Below are positions 1 to 10,922 of a DNA stretch of 64,000 nucleotides, in pieces. Made by a program: the position numbers and the translations under genes. The stretch lies in NCBI GenBank assembly GCA_963664705.1, contig OY761556.1, forward strand, positions 5,088,001-5,152,000, read 5' to 3'. Below the pieces are notes generated by a model. It did not search any database. It saw nothing but the letters and a program-made list of their open reading frames with translations, and was not told the DNA's origin. Source of the DNA: Acidobacteriota bacterium (GTDB taxonomy: Bacteria > Acidobacteriota > UBA6911). The number at the start of each line of letters is the position of its first letter. Position 1 is the first letter of the stretch.

Positions 1-196
1 GCTTCTTAAGCTCGAGGTTTTCCGCACGATACCGGCCGATCTGGTTCCAATCCAACAATTGTTCCGACAAATTTCTGGCAGCCATGGCCAGGCAGCAATT
101 GGACCAAGGCGCATTGTATTGTTCGACAAGTTGGCATTGCGCAGGGATGCTGAGCAACAATCCGGCCATAATGAGTGTTGCAGTTTTGACATTCAT
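1..196 (-). CDS. SGNH/GDSL-family hydrolase, N-terminal part (runs off the window edge)
   Basis: Read manually, not in the ORF track: MNVKTATLIMAGLLLSIPAQC... signal peptide, then DWNQIGRYRAENLELK, resembling the 'DW..L.RY..AN' segment that precedes GDSL domains. Confidence 0.55.
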   Translation of the reverse strand, partial: MNVKTATLIMAGLLLSIPAQCQLVEQYNAPWSNCCLAMAARNLSEQLLDWNQIGRYRAENLELKK

Positions 197-239
197 GTTT
201 GGGTCCTCTCTTCAACACGATCAAACGCGAAAGCCCTCA

Positions 240-1496
240 TTAGGCATTCCCCGTTTCGCCTAACCCGGATGCATGGTATTCGCTCGATTCCAATTCAGCG
301 AGACGCGCTCTGGCCGGGTTATAAATCCAGTTGAGCAACAGTCCTGCAAACATCAGCGCGGCAAAGACGGTTGCAAGAACAAATCCATATTTCGCGTGAC
401 CGAACGCATCACTAACCGCTCCCATCGCCAGCGGCCCAAGAGCGGCAGCGGCACAGGTGAAGAACAGGATCACACCGGCAACAGCACCATGCTCCGTTTT
501 CGGGAAACAGCTGATACCCTTGGAATTCAGCGTCGGGTAAATCATCGACATGAACAGCCCTGATAAGGGCATGAGCCAAACAGCAAGGGAGAGTCCGCCG
601 GTTATTGAGCCCAGGAAGCAGATCAAGATTGCAAGGCTGAAGACAGCCATAACAACTGTCCAGCTGAAGCGCGCTAACACCCACGCGCCAAGAAAACGGC
701 CAATGGCTCGCAAAATGAAGAATGCGGATAGAGCATACGTTGCCATGAAGGCAAACGATCCGGAGTATCCAGTCAGAAGCGTCGGCATCCAGACATAAAC
801 CGCGCACTCCGCAGCAACGTAGAGAAAGATCCCGAGTGAAAAACCCAATGCATACGGGTTCTTCATCATCCGCATGGTTCGCTTCAGATCAACCGACTCC
901 TCCATGGACTTCACAGTCTTCGGATATTTCACCAGCAGCGCTGTCAGGATCAGCAGCATGCAAATGCTACCCGCGATCACGTACAGCCACTTCCAGGAAA
1001 AGCCGGAGGCCAGAAGCTTTGCAACAATAGCCGGCCCGATGATTGCCCCCACTCCGAAGAATCCTTCCACGGTGTTCATGGTGGTGGTGTGTTCGGAAGT
1101 GGAAAGTGAGATATCGCCGACCAGCGCCAGCGCGCCTGTTTTAAAGATTCCGATCGATGCCCCGGAAATCACGAGCAGCGCAAGGAAAAATGCGAAGGAA
1201 TTTCCTACTGCAAAGAGGTAGGAATTCAGTGCAAACAATATAAGTCCCAGGATGATGGTTTTCTTCCGCCCAAGCTTATCTGCCAGATAGCCAAGAAAAA
1301 TGCCTGCTATCGCGATCGCAATCATGGGAGCGTAGTGGAAAGCGCCGGCCGCTACCATGCTCAAATGGAATTCTTTGATAACCTCAGGGATGATGGTTCC
1401 CACCGAGTCCGTTGTCATGGCAAACATCATGAACATCAAAAACGTAAGCCATTTGATAGCTGTCAAATTCCGTGTTGGCGTAGCCGGTGTGTCCAT
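240..1496 (-). CDS. MFS sugar transporter (FucP/glucose-galactose-like)
   Basis: About 12 hydrophobic segments and MFS motif A GYLADKLGRKK; start placed at MDTP (1496), just downstream of the sucrose phosphorylase stop. Confidence 0.85.
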   Translation of the reverse strand: MDTPATPTRNLTAIKWLTFLMFMMFAMTTDSVGTIIPEVIKEFHLSMVAAGAFHYAPMIAIAIAGIFLGYLADKLGRKKTIILGLILFALNSYLFAVGNSFAFFLALLVISGASIGIFKTGALALVGDISLSTSEHTTTMNTVEGFFGVGAIIGPAIVAKLLASGFSWKWLYVIAGSICMLLILTALLVKYPKTVKSMEESVDLKRTMRMMKNPYALGFSLGIFLYVAAECAVYVWMPTLLTGYSGSFAFMATYALSAFFILRAIGRFLGAWVLARFSWTVVMAVFSLAILICFLGSITGGLSLAVWLMPLSGLFMSMIYPTLNSKGISCFPKTEHGAVAGVILFFTCAAAALGPLAMGAVSDAFGHAKYGFVLATVFAALMFAGLLLNWIYNPARARLAELESSEYHASGLGETGNA

Positions 1497-1504
1497 GGGA
1501 TTCC

Positions 1505-2965
1505 CTAGTCTGCCGAAATGGTTAGCGATTGAATGCCTGTGCCCGTGATGGATGCGGAGGGAACCGACAGGTTGGCGAGAAGCTCTATCCATTCCTGCTG
1601 TTGTTTCCACCGCATTCGGATTTGATGTTCAGCCGGAACCTCTACCTGGAATTCTCCGCCGAAGGCCGGATGCGTATTGCGAAGCCGTATCAGTTCCATC
1701 AGTTTCTGTACCAGTGGATGCCCAAGTGCAGTTTCAATCTCAGCCGGAGTGTAATAATGGCGGTTGATGTCTCGTCCTACGCCGGTCTGTCCCAGGAGTT
1801 CCATGTCGTTTGTTCCTCCCAGCAGCCCGACGTAATAGACCTGAGGAATCCCCGGCGCAAAAAACTGCAGAGCGCGGGCAATCAGATAGTCGGCCTCTCT
1901 CCCTCCAAGAGCATCCAGGAAGGTACAATTGACCTGATAGAGATCCAGATTATTGGCGGCCGCACCGGTTGCCTGTTTACTCTGGCCCAGACTTCGTTGA
2001 TGAATGGTTTCAACCAGATTGTCGATTTCTGAAGGAGACAGAAGTCCGGGATTGCCGGCCGCGTCGGCACCCACATCGATCACCCCGATCCCATCATGCG
2101 TGTCCAAAACGGTCACGGCATTGCGAGGACTGATCGCCAGCCATCGCGCAAGGGGATTGGGATCAGCCTTGAATAGCGCATGCAGTACCAGCGGCGGCAG
2201 CGCAAAGTCATAGACCCAGTCCACCTGGCGCGCAATCTCGATCTGCTTCAAGTAGTGACTATGGATTTCAACCAAAACCTCTATCCCGAGTGCGTGAGCC
2301 TTTGCCGTCAGTTCTGCAATAAAGTCAAAAGTCTCAGGAATCATGAAGCAGTTCGTCCCCGGCTTCTTGATGGCATAGCCGACGGCATCGAGGCGTATCA
2401 TCTTTATACCCGCCGCCTGAAACTTGTTGAGGATCGAAGCCAGATAGTTCTCCGCCTGGGGGTGCCGGACATCGATATCCACCTGCTGTGGATTGAACGT
2501 AGTCCAGAGAAGCTTCTTGTCTCCCGAGGCTAAAGTAACAGGACTGAACGGAAGGGTGGGGCGGGGCCGATAAATGCCCAGAACCTCGGATTCCCGTGCG
2601 CCCTGAGGAAAGACCCGATCGAAAGTAAGAAACATGCCCGAATACTCAGACGCTGCCCCTTTTTCTGAAAAATCCATGAACTGCGGCGACGAGGAGGAAA
2701 CGTGGTTCACGATCAGATCAGCAACGAGTTCAACCGTGTTTCCTAAGGTCCGCACATCGTCCCAGGTTCCCAATCGTGTATCCACCTGGGTGTGATCGAT
2801 GGGATCAAACCCAGCGTCAGCTCCATCAATGGGAGTGAAAAAGGGCAGAAGATGGGCTCCTCCGAAAACTCCACTCAAGGGTCCCGCCAATAGCGAATTA
2901 AGCTGGTCGAAGCCTCCGGCTGAAAGACGATCGACATAGGTAATGAGCTGGACTTGGTTTTTCAT
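1505..2965 (-). CDS. gtfA: Sucrose phosphorylase (GH13_18)
   Basis: MKNQVQLITYVDRL N-terminus, RLDAVGY nucleophile, VEIHS acid/base, DTHDGIG, and the YRPRP and NLDLYQVN loops typical of true sucrose phosphorylases. Confidence 0.92.
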   Translation of the reverse strand: MKNQVQLITYVDRLSAGGFDQLNSLLAGPLSGVFGGAHLLPFFTPIDGADAGFDPIDHTQVDTRLGTWDDVRTLGNTVELVADLIVNHVSSSSPQFMDFSEKGAASEYSGMFLTFDRVFPQGARESEVLGIYRPRPTLPFSPVTLASGDKKLLWTTFNPQQVDIDVRHPQAENYLASILNKFQAAGIKMIRLDAVGYAIKKPGTNCFMIPETFDFIAELTAKAHALGIEVLVEIHSHYLKQIEIARQVDWVYDFALPPLVLHALFKADPNPLARWLAISPRNAVTVLDTHDGIGVIDVGADAAGNPGLLSPSEIDNLVETIHQRSLGQSKQATGAAANNLDLYQVNCTFLDALGGREADYLIARALQFFAPGIPQVYYVGLLGGTNDMELLGQTGVGRDINRHYYTPAEIETALGHPLVQKLMELIRLRNTHPAFGGEFQVEVPAEHQIRMRWKQQQEWIELLANLSVPSASITGTGIQSLTISAD

Positions 2966-3268
2966 CGGTTGTCTTCGTGCAATCCTATTGGCAGTTAAAT
3001 GAATATTACATATTTACCAGCCAATCACTAACAGCATGTATCAATATATGTCAATGATTTTTTCAGCATCCAAGCCAACTCTCTTCCGAGGCAAGGCGAT
3101 TGACCGAACGGATTTTCGACACGTTTTTTAAATTTGGAAAATTATTCTGCAGAAGACATGCCTACATCAACGCTTAATCACGGCCGATTTCTCTATGAAG
3201 CCGAGACCAAGACACTCCTTCCGCTGTTTTCAGTAACAATATAGTCAATCCTCGTTTCCTATAAATGT

Positions 3269-3333
3269 TATTACATATTAATATTATATGTAATATTTTA
3301 TTCTTGACATGTTATTAAAATCAGAAATAGCAT
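3269..3333. promoter_or_regulatory. AT-rich inverted repeat and sigma70-like promoter in the divergent gtfA/TonB intergenic region
   Basis: TATTACATAT-N7-ATATGTAATA at 3269-3295; the half-site recurs near 3004; TTGACA at 3304 with TAGCAT 18 nt later. Confidence 0.4.
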
Positions 3334-3579
3334 GTATCCAGTTTGAAATCTTGAGAACAATGCAAAAAAGGAATCTTGCCATGCTGGCGCTCCATTGCTC
3401 CCGCGCAAAAGAGGGATTTCAGGAAAAGCCCCGAAGGACGACGGAGAATGGTCCATCGCCGCTTGGAAGGGAGAACTCATACCGGTTTATTTGATTTGTG
3501 AAGAACAACCTGACACATGCGCTCCACAGAAAACAGTTTCCAATCCGCAACTCATCCGCAGTTGCGGGGGAGGGTATCC

Positions 3580-6500
3580 ATGCATCAAAGCATTCAACGT
3601 TGTGTATGGTTTTTCTGCATGACAGCGGTACTTTGTGCGGCAGCCCCATTGGTTGCACAAATCGATCGCGGGACCATCCAGGGTTTGGTTAAAGACCCTT
3701 CGGGCGCGGTAATCCCGAACGCAAAGGTCAAAATAATCCAGATCGCTACCAACAGCTCGTACGACCTGGTCACAAATAACGAAGGGTTCTATGTAGCGCC
3801 CAATCTTCCGGCCGCTACTTATAAAATAGTCATCCAGGCTGCAGGCTTTTCTACCTTTTCACGTGAACCCGTCGAGGTCAGGGCTCATGTGCAGATTATG
3901 GTGGACGCAGTGCTTCAGATTGGAGCCGTCAGCGAGGTGTCGACTGTATCGGCTGAAGCGCCTCTGCTTGATGTCTCGGCAACCAGCAATTCCAGCGGCC
4001 TTCAATCAGAGACCGTTGAAAAGCTACCTCTGATCGTTTCGATCTATCAACGCTCGATCACGGATCTTTTGCGGAATTTGCCCGGGTTCACATCCGGCGA
4101 TTCATTTGTGCCTCGCGCAAGCGGTGGCGCGGCTGGTGATACGGAGGTCTTCCTTGACGGAGCGCCGGCGAGCGAGTGGGGCATTGCACGCGGCGGATAT
4201 TCAGAGATATCGCCCCTCATCGAACAAGTCGGGGAATTCAGTGTTGTGTCGAATGGATTCAACGCCGAATATGGGGGCTTCGGCAACTGGTTCACCAACG
4301 TTACTATCAAGTCGGGCACGAATGGCCTTCACGGAAGCCTCTTCAACCATCTTGGAAATAGCGCATTAAACGCCAAAGAGTTCTTTGCAACGGCGGTAAC
4401 GCCCTATCGTCAAAATGAAGGGGGATTCACTCTGGGTGGTCCCGTGGTAATTCCCAAGCTTTATAACGGAAAGGACAAGACCTTCTTTTTCGGCAGCCTT
4501 GGCCTCTTCTATTCGAGAATGGGAGCCAACGGGGATTTGGTCACCGTTCCTTCACTCAAGGAACGGATCGGGGATTTCAGCGAACTTGGAGTGCCGATCT
4601 ACGATCCGGCCACTCAGGTTGTAAATCCTGACGGATCAATCACACGGACTCAGTTCAAAAACAATATCATTCCGCCGGAACGTTTCACCGATGCGGCGAA
4701 ACAGATTTTGGCATTTGTTCCACCTCCGGACCTGCCGGGAGTTACAAATAACTACCATAGCAAAGCCAACTCCAAGTGGCCCTATCTGAATGTGTATTCT
4801 CCCTTGATCAAAGTGGATCACAGCCTTTCTGCAAAGCAGAAATTGTCGGTAATGTATTCAAAACGGATCAACCACCGAATAATCTGGCAAGGACAGGGAC
4901 GTATTCCTATGCCCGAATGGGGGAAACCACAGACCAACCCAATCGATGAAGATTTAGATCAATTAGCAAACAGCTGGAAGCTGCGTTTGAATCACGACTA
5001 CATCATTACCAATGCACTGGTGAACCACTTTACGTTCTCGACAGATAACTATTTTAACCGCGGAGCCAATAAAACAATGGGGCAGGGCTGGAATCAAAAG
5101 TTGGGGATTCAAGGCATCCCGGCCGACGATGGCTCCTTCCCTGCTCTCAGCTTTTCGGGCGGAGTTGGTGCGCCGCTCGGATTTGGAATTAACTACGACG
5201 AGAATTGGTTGGAATACCGTTATGGCTTTAATGAAAACCTGAGTTGGATTCATGGCAAACATTCCATGAAGTATGGATTCTCCATCCAGCTCAACAATGA
5301 GGACCGCCGGTTTGGAACTCAGTCCGGCTCGTTTACATTTTCGAATGCTTCCACAGCTTCTGTCCCGAATGCATCCGATGGGAGCGCTTTCGCCTCTTTC
5401 CTTCTGGGCGCAGTGCACTCGACAAGCGCCAATGTCGGGCTCAGGACCCGGTTGCGCTTCAGGCAATACGCAATTTTTGCGCAAGATGAGTGGCGCGCCA
5501 CAAAGAACTTAACCGTCTCCTATGGCCTGCGCTGGGACTACAGTCCACCGATGTATGAAGTAAATGACTACATGACGAGCTTCGATCCCAACATTACCAA
5601 TTCGGCTGCCGGCGGATTGCGGGGCGCATTGGCCTATGCTGGAAATGGCGCCGGGAAGATAGGCGGACAATTTCAGGACGCGTGGCGCAAAGGGTTTGGA
5701 CCTCGATTAGGCATCGCCTACCAGCTTAATCCCAAAACGATAATCCGTGCATCATCCGGTATCGTATTCTCCAACAGCGGAAACATTCAGCCATTCCTGA
5801 CGACGGGCGCCCTTGGATACAGCGGTACCCCCACCTTCAATTCAGCGGACGGCTTCACTCCTGTCTATTTCTTGAATAAATCGGCGTTCCCTCAGAATTA
5901 CAAAAAGCCACCTCTGATAGATCCCACGTTCCTGAACGGCCAAGCTATCAGCTATATACCACGGGATGCGACACGGCTGCCCCAGATTGTAAACTGGAGT
6001 TTGGTCATTCAACGCGAGTTGGCCCGCAACCTTTCTTTGGAAGTAAGCTACCTGGGAAACCGCTCTACTCATCTCACGTTGGGAAGCAGCGCTACTCAAA
6101 TCAACTATGTGCCCAAGGACAAACTGAGCCTTGGCTTTCTGCTCCTGGCTCCGCTCGCTGCAACTGGGCAGCCGGAACCATTTCCCGGATTTAACAACCA
6201 ACAGGGGGCCAATACGGTCGCCCAATCGCTGAAGCCCTATCCCCAGTACACCTCCGTGACAAGCGATGTTGCGTTGCTGCCCCAAGGCAAAGGTAGCTAC
6301 CATTCACTTCAGATCAAGGCGACGAAACGGTTTTCTCAAGGCTTATCAATCTTATCCTTTTTCACATGGGCAAAGGGTCTCACCAATGCCGCTGGGGGAA
6401 GTACTACCTATGCCAATTTCGCAGAAGGCTTCCGTCAATATCCGGGAGACAATGCTACATCAATCGATCCCGGCGTGCCGGCTGCCATTTTCGGAGTGAA

Positions 6501-7062
6501 TTTCTCCTATGATCTGCCATTCGGAAGGGGAAAGCACTTCCTGAAATCAGCGAACAAAGTCGTCGACGGCATTCTGGGCGGTTGGACCGTTGCTGGATTT
6601 ATGCGGTATCAGTCCGGTACTGCGCTGAACATTACGGCATTTAATTTCTTTGCGACGACGCTTGGATATGCATCCCCTCCATTGAATCTGCCTTTTGAAT
6701 ACGCCAATTACAAAGGAGGAACACCTTACGGCAAGAAAGATTTCGGCAATTGGGATTATGTAAATGACCGCTATCTGAATTCGGCTGCATTTTCGAGCCC
6801 TGATGCATTCACGTTTGGCAACACAGCCCGTTACCTGGACTGGGTCCGAGGCCCGTCATCAAAATCTGAATCACTCTCGTTTTTAAAGTCTGTTTCCATC
6901 CGTGAGAGAGTCAAATTCACACTGGGCGCCGATTTGGTCAATCCATTCAATATCGTGCGCTGGGGAAATCCATCAACAATTGTTGGTCTTCCGACTTTCG
7001 GACAGATCACAACCACTCAGGGTGCCAGACAGATACAAATCAACATGGGGCTTAGCTTTTAG
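3580..7062 (+). CDS. TonB-dependent receptor, Oar/acidobacterial type with N-terminal carboxypeptidase-regulatory-like domain
   Basis: GTIQGLVKDPSGAVIPNA, FNAEYG, KSGTNGLHGS, FAQDEWR, YGLRWDY and C-terminal ARQIQINMGLSF; RBS GGGAGG before ATG 3580. Confidence 0.92.
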   Translation: MHQSIQRCVWFFCMTAVLCAAAPLVAQIDRGTIQGLVKDPSGAVIPNAKVKIIQIATNSSYDLVTNNEGFYVAPNLPAATYKIVIQAAGFSTFSREPVEVRAHVQIMVDAVLQIGAVSEVSTVSAEAPLLDVSATSNSSGLQSETVEKLPLIVSIYQRSITDLLRNLPGFTSGDSFVPRASGGAAGDTEVFLDGAPASEWGIARGGYSEISPLIEQVGEFSVVSNGFNAEYGGFGNWFTNVTIKSGTNGLHGSLFNHLGNSALNAKEFFATAVTPYRQNEGGFTLGGPVVIPKLYNGKDKTFFFGSLGLFYSRMGANGDLVTVPSLKERIGDFSELGVPIYDPATQVVNPDGSITRTQFKNNIIPPERFTDAAKQILAFVPPPDLPGVTNNYHSKANSKWPYLNVYSPLIKVDHSLSAKQKLSVMYSKRINHRIIWQGQGRIPMPEWGKPQTNPIDEDLDQLANSWKLRLNHDYIITNALVNHFTFSTDNYFNRGANKTMGQGWNQKLGIQGIPADDGSFPALSFSGGVGAPLGFGINYDENWLEYRYGFNENLSWIHGKHSMKYGFSIQLNNEDRRFGTQSGSFTFSNASTASVPNASDGSAFASFLLGAVHSTSANVGLRTRLRFRQYAIFAQDEWRATKNLTVSYGLRWDYSPPMYEVNDYMTSFDPNITNSAAGGLRGALAYAGNGAGKIGGQFQDAWRKGFGPRLGIAYQLNPKTIIRASSGIVFSNSGNIQPFLTTGALGYSGTPTFNSADGFTPVYFLNKSAFPQNYKKPPLIDPTFLNGQAISYIPRDATRLPQIVNWSLVIQRELARNLSLEVSYLGNRSTHLTLGSSATQINYVPKDKLSLGFLLLAPLAATGQPEPFPGFNNQQGANTVAQSLKPYPQYTSVTSDVALLPQGKGSYHSLQIKATKRFSQGLSILSFFTWAKGLTNAAGGSTTYANFAEGFRQYPGDNATSIDPGVPAAIFGVNFSYDLPFGRGKHFLKSANKVVDGILGGWTVAGFMRYQSGTALNITAFNFFATTLGYASPPLNLPFEYANYKGGTPYGKKDFGNWDYVNDRYLNSAAFSSPDAFTFGNTARYLDWVRGPSSKSESLSFLKSVSIRERVKFTLGADLVNPFNIVRWGNPSTIVGLPTFGQITTTQGARQIQINMGLSF

Positions 7063-7373
7063 CGGAAAGCCTAATTGGGGACGCTCTCCTGTTGGCTCGG
7101 ATCGATTGATGTTGATAAATATCGACCAAGTCAGCAGGGGAGCGTTCCGCTTTTACAAGGCAGTTTTAGCCCGACTTCCGCAGTTAGATGGCCGAGAAGA
7201 GTTTTCGGGCACTTTCAGGTGATTTCCGGAGGAGGCTGAAAGTGATTTCAGCCGTTTAGCGCCGATACCATTTCGAATCTCATCCAAAAGCCTGCATAGT
7301 GACGACCAAGCCTCTTGCGGTCGATTTCCAAATGCGTCCCCGTCAGTACATGTACTTGCGCCGCTGCTACCGG

Positions 7374-7395
7374 AATAAGGGGACTTCCCCTTATT
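7374..7395. terminator. Hairpin between the convergent TonB receptor and glpK
   Basis: AATAAGGGG-ACTT-CCCCTTATT perfect 9-bp stem. Confidence 0.5.
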
Positions 7396-7412
7396 TCCCC
7401 TATTTATTAGGT

Positions 7413-8918
7413 CTATAATTCATCCACCCAATCAAAGGTACGACTTACAGCTTTTTTCCACGACCGATACATCGACTCACGCTTACTGTCTTCCATTTGA
7501 GGTGTCCACGTTTTATTCACGGACCAGTTGGAACAGAGCTCATCGGCGTTTTTAAACAGACCGACGGCTAACCCGGCAGCGTACGCCGCCCCCAGTGCGG
7601 TGGTTTCCTTTATGGAGGGCCTGACAACAGGTTTATTAAGTATATCGGCCTGAAACTGCATCAGCAGCTCGTTCTCGATCATCCCGCCATCCGTGCGCAG
7701 AACATCCAGCGTTATACCGGAATCCTTTTCCATCGCCTCCACTATTTCGCGAGTCTGAAATCCGGTTGCCTCCAGCACCGAACGGGCAAGATGTCCCCTG
7801 GACGCGTACCGCGTAAGCCCGGTGATCACCCCACGTGCATTAGCCTTCCAATAAGGGGCGAAAAGGCCTGAAAAAGCCGGCACAAAATAGACGCCACCGT
7901 TATCCTCCACGGTTTTTGCCAGCAACTCCACCTCAGCGCTGGTCTGTATCAGGCCCAGATTGTCCCGCAACCATTGCACCAGCGCGCCGGTGATCGCAAC
8001 ACTTCCCTCCAGGGCATAGTGTGCGGGTTGATTTCCAAATCGGTATGCGACCGTGGTGACCAACCCATGCCGGGACTGCACCGCATTAAGGCCGGTATTC
8101 AGGAGCAGGAAGCAGCCTGTTCCATAAGTGTTCTTTGCCTGTCCGGGCTTAAAACAGGTTTGTCCTACAAGCGCGGCCTGTTGATCGCCCAAGTCTCCGG
8201 CGATGGGAACACCTTCAATCCCGGCTACCTTTGCGCTACCATAAATTTCGCTGCTTGACCGAATGGATGGCAGCAAAGGCTGAGGAATACCCACTGTACT
8301 TAATAGCTGTTCATCCCAATCGAGTGACCGAAGATTCATTAATTGAGTGCGGCTGGCGTTTGTGACATCGGTTACGTGAATACCGGATTGCATCCCCCCG
8401 GTCAGGTTCCAGAGGAGAAAAGTATCGATGTTGCCGAACATCAGGTCTCCGCTTTCTGCCAATTCCCTCGCGCCGGAGACCTGATCGAGAATCCACCGAA
8501 TTTTAAATGCACTAAAGTATGTGGCAAGAGGCAGGCCGGTTTGAGCACGAAAGCGGTCTTGGCCACCCTCTTTCGAGAACTCGGAAACATACTCGGAGGT
8601 CCGAGTATCTTGCCACACGATTGCGTTGTAAACGGCTTTGCCGGTTTTGCGGTTCCAGACAACAGCTGTTTCGCGCTGATTGGTGATCCCGATCGCTGCT
8701 AGTTCCGTGCCTGAGATGCCGGCTTGTTGCAAGGCTTGACCGATTACTTCCACTGTCCGCTGCCAAATCTCTTCCGGATTATGCTCGACCCATCCGGGCC
8801 GAGGATATATCTGTTCGTGTTCCTTTTGAGCGATGCTTACAATCTGACCCGTATCGTCGAATAGAATAAAGCGTGTGCTCGTGGTTCCCTGATCGATCGC
8901 GCCGATGTACTTGGTCAT
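7413..8918 (-). CDS. glpK: Glycerol kinase
   Basis: [51 protein letters not shown]. Confidence 0.97.
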   Translation of the reverse strand: MTKYIGAIDQGTTSTRFILFDDTGQIVSIAQKEHEQIYPRPGWVEHNPEEIWQRTVEVIGQALQQAGISGTELAAIGITNQRETAVVWNRKTGKAVYNAIVWQDTRTSEYVSEFSKEGGQDRFRAQTGLPLATYFSAFKIRWILDQVSGARELAESGDLMFGNIDTFLLWNLTGGMQSGIHVTDVTNASRTQLMNLRSLDWDEQLLSTVGIPQPLLPSIRSSSEIYGSAKVAGIEGVPIAGDLGDQQAALVGQTCFKPGQAKNTYGTGCFLLLNTGLNAVQSRHGLVTTVAYRFGNQPAHYALEGSVAITGALVQWLRDNLGLIQTSAEVELLAKTVEDNGGVYFVPAFSGLFAPYWKANARGVITGLTRYASRGHLARSVLEATGFQTREIVEAMEKDSGITLDVLRTDGGMIENELLMQFQADILNKPVVRPSIKETTALGAAYAAGLAVGLFKNADELCSNWSVNKTWTPQMEDSKRESMYRSWKKAVSRTFDWVDEL

Positions 8919-9017
8919 ATAGTCTCCCCGGGGAAATCCATGACAAGGTTAGGGTATGATGATTCCCATTCTGTTTCCTTATATCGCCGGATTATCTGCA
9001 CTTTGCTCATGCATCGA

Positions 9018-10733
9018 CTAAGATTTTTTCGCGGGCTGCAGGCCCATCAACTGCATCAGGCGGTTAATTTTGTTTACATATTCCTCCACGGCAGTCTTTT
9101 GCTGGCTCGGCGACCAGCCTAGATCTTGTGCCATGACGGCTCCCACCTTCGGGGCAGCCGCCTGCGCCTGTTCCCACGAAAAAAGCTGCAGGCCTGTGCG
9201 GCGCGCAAGAATATCTTCAATGGAAGTTGCCATTTCCTCATGCAGACCATAAGTAACTTCCGCCAGAAGGAAAGGCGAACCTGAAACAATGGATTCCTTA
9301 AGCCCGGGATCTTCCTTTGTCAGGTTAAGGACCTCCTTAGCCGCCGTGCCGAACTTGCACGTCAAGTGCTGCGCCGCCTCTTTTGAAATTCCGTAATCCC
9401 TAACGAGCGCCGCCCAGAAATTTTGGCTCCATTCCTCTGATCCATAGAGGGGATGGCTACTTGTGGTGCAGGGTACCGCCGGGATTGCCAGGAACTGCAT
9501 GACGGTATCAATTGCATCTTCAGCCATAGCTCTGTAGGTTGTCCACTTTCCTCCAAGAACGCTGATAAGTCCGCTGGAAGGTTCTATTTCTATTTCATGA
9601 TCGCGGATAAGGTTCTTGCCTCTGCGAGAGCCCGATGCTACAAGCGGGCGCATACCGGCAAATCCGCTGACAATTTGATCCTTGCTCAAAGGACGAACAA
9701 GGTAACGATTCAAATGTTTCAGCAGGTATTCAGCTTCTTCCTCCTTGACTACCATTTCATCTTGCAGAGTTGTATCTTCATCTGTGGTGCCAACCAATAG
9801 TCGTCCCGACCAGGGGATAGCGAAAATAACACGCCCATCGTCAGTCTTTGGTACCAACAACGCATCATTACTGGCTATCACATCAACGGGCAATAGGATA
9901 TGGCTTCCTTTGCTTGGTCTTAAACGCTGTCTGATGCCGGGCTTTGCAAGGTCGCGAATGCTATCGGCGAACGGACCGGCCGCATTTATAAAGGCTCTGG
10001 CTCGTATATCGAGATAACGACCAGAAAGGCCATCCTGCACCCGGGCCTGCATCAAATGGCCGGTACCGTTCTTCTTAAAACCGGTGACTCTCGCGTGGTT
10101 CAGGGCCTCACCACCGGATTTAGTGAAGGTTTGAAGGAGCGCAAGATTATACCTGGCATCGTCAAATTGCCCGTCCGCGTATACGATAGTGCCGACAAGT
10201 CTGTCCGAATTCAGCATGGGCATTCGGCGGAGGGATTCCTCTTTGGAAAGATGGTGACTCGGAAATAGCAAGCTGTGACCGGAAATCCAGTCATACAGCT
10301 TCATCCCGATACGAAAGTAGTAGATCTCGCGCCAGCTGAAGCACGGCACCATAAGCTCCAGCGGTTTCGTCAGAAAAGGGGCATTATCGAGCATTATTTT
10401 TCGCTCGCGTAAGGCTCGCCTCACCACGTGATATTGCCCCAAGTCACGCTCCGATATTGCTTGTTCCAGGTAACGCACACCGCCATGAATGAGTTTGGTA
10501 GAACTGCTGGAAGTAGCGCAGGCAAAGTCGCCTGCCTCGACCAGGACAGTTCTGAGTCCCCGCAGCTGGGCATCCACGGCGCATCCTGCTCCTGTTGCCC
10601 CTCCGCCAATCACGCACAGATCAAAACTGTTATTTTCGATCTCGTTAAGCGCCGCAACTCGGTTTCTCACCAGGTACTCCCAAAGGTTTTTTAGGCCGAA
10701 CTGGCCGAACCTGAGGCCGAACATCCGGTTCAA
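9018..10733 (-). CDS. glpD: FAD-dependent glycerol-3-phosphate dehydrogenase
   Basis: IGGGATGAG, TSSSSTKLIHGGVRYLE, DGQFDDAR, GGKWTTYR; start uncertain. Confidence 0.93.
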   Translation of the reverse strand: MNRMFGLRFGQFGLKNLWEYLVRNRVAALNEIENNSFDLCVIGGGATGAGCAVDAQLRGLRTVLVEAGDFACATSSSSTKLIHGGVRYLEQAISERDLGQYHVVRRALRERKIMLDNAPFLTKPLELMVPCFSWREIYYFRIGMKLYDWISGHSLLFPSHHLSKEESLRRMPMLNSDRLVGTIVYADGQFDDARYNLALLQTFTKSGGEALNHARVTGFKKNGTGHLMQARVQDGLSGRYLDIRARAFINAAGPFADSIRDLAKPGIRQRLRPSKGSHILLPVDVIASNDALLVPKTDDGRVIFAIPWSGRLLVGTTDEDTTLQDEMVVKEEEAEYLLKHLNRYLVRPLSKDQIVSGFAGMRPLVASGSRRGKNLIRDHEIEIEPSSGLISVLGGKWTTYRAMAEDAIDTVMQFLAIPAVPCTTSSHPLYGSEEWSQNFWAALVRDYGISKEAAQHLTCKFGTAAKEVLNLTKEDPGLKESIVSGSPFLLAEVTYGLHEEMATSIEDILARRTGLQLFSWEQAQAAAPKVGAVMAQDLGWSPSQQKTAVEEYVNKINRLMQLMGLQPAKKS

Positions 10734-10922
10734 GACAACTCAGCTAAATCGGCAAAAATAAATCCCTATAGATAAGCCACAATAATCGTGTCACTCACCT
10801 ATCGGCGCTTCTCCCGGATCTATAGTCCAGGGATATGCAGCCAGGCACGCCATGATTCTTCTCATGGGTCGCTCCGCTGTATCGTCGAAGCACCAGAGTT
10901 GCTATTCCGGTATCGGACTCCA

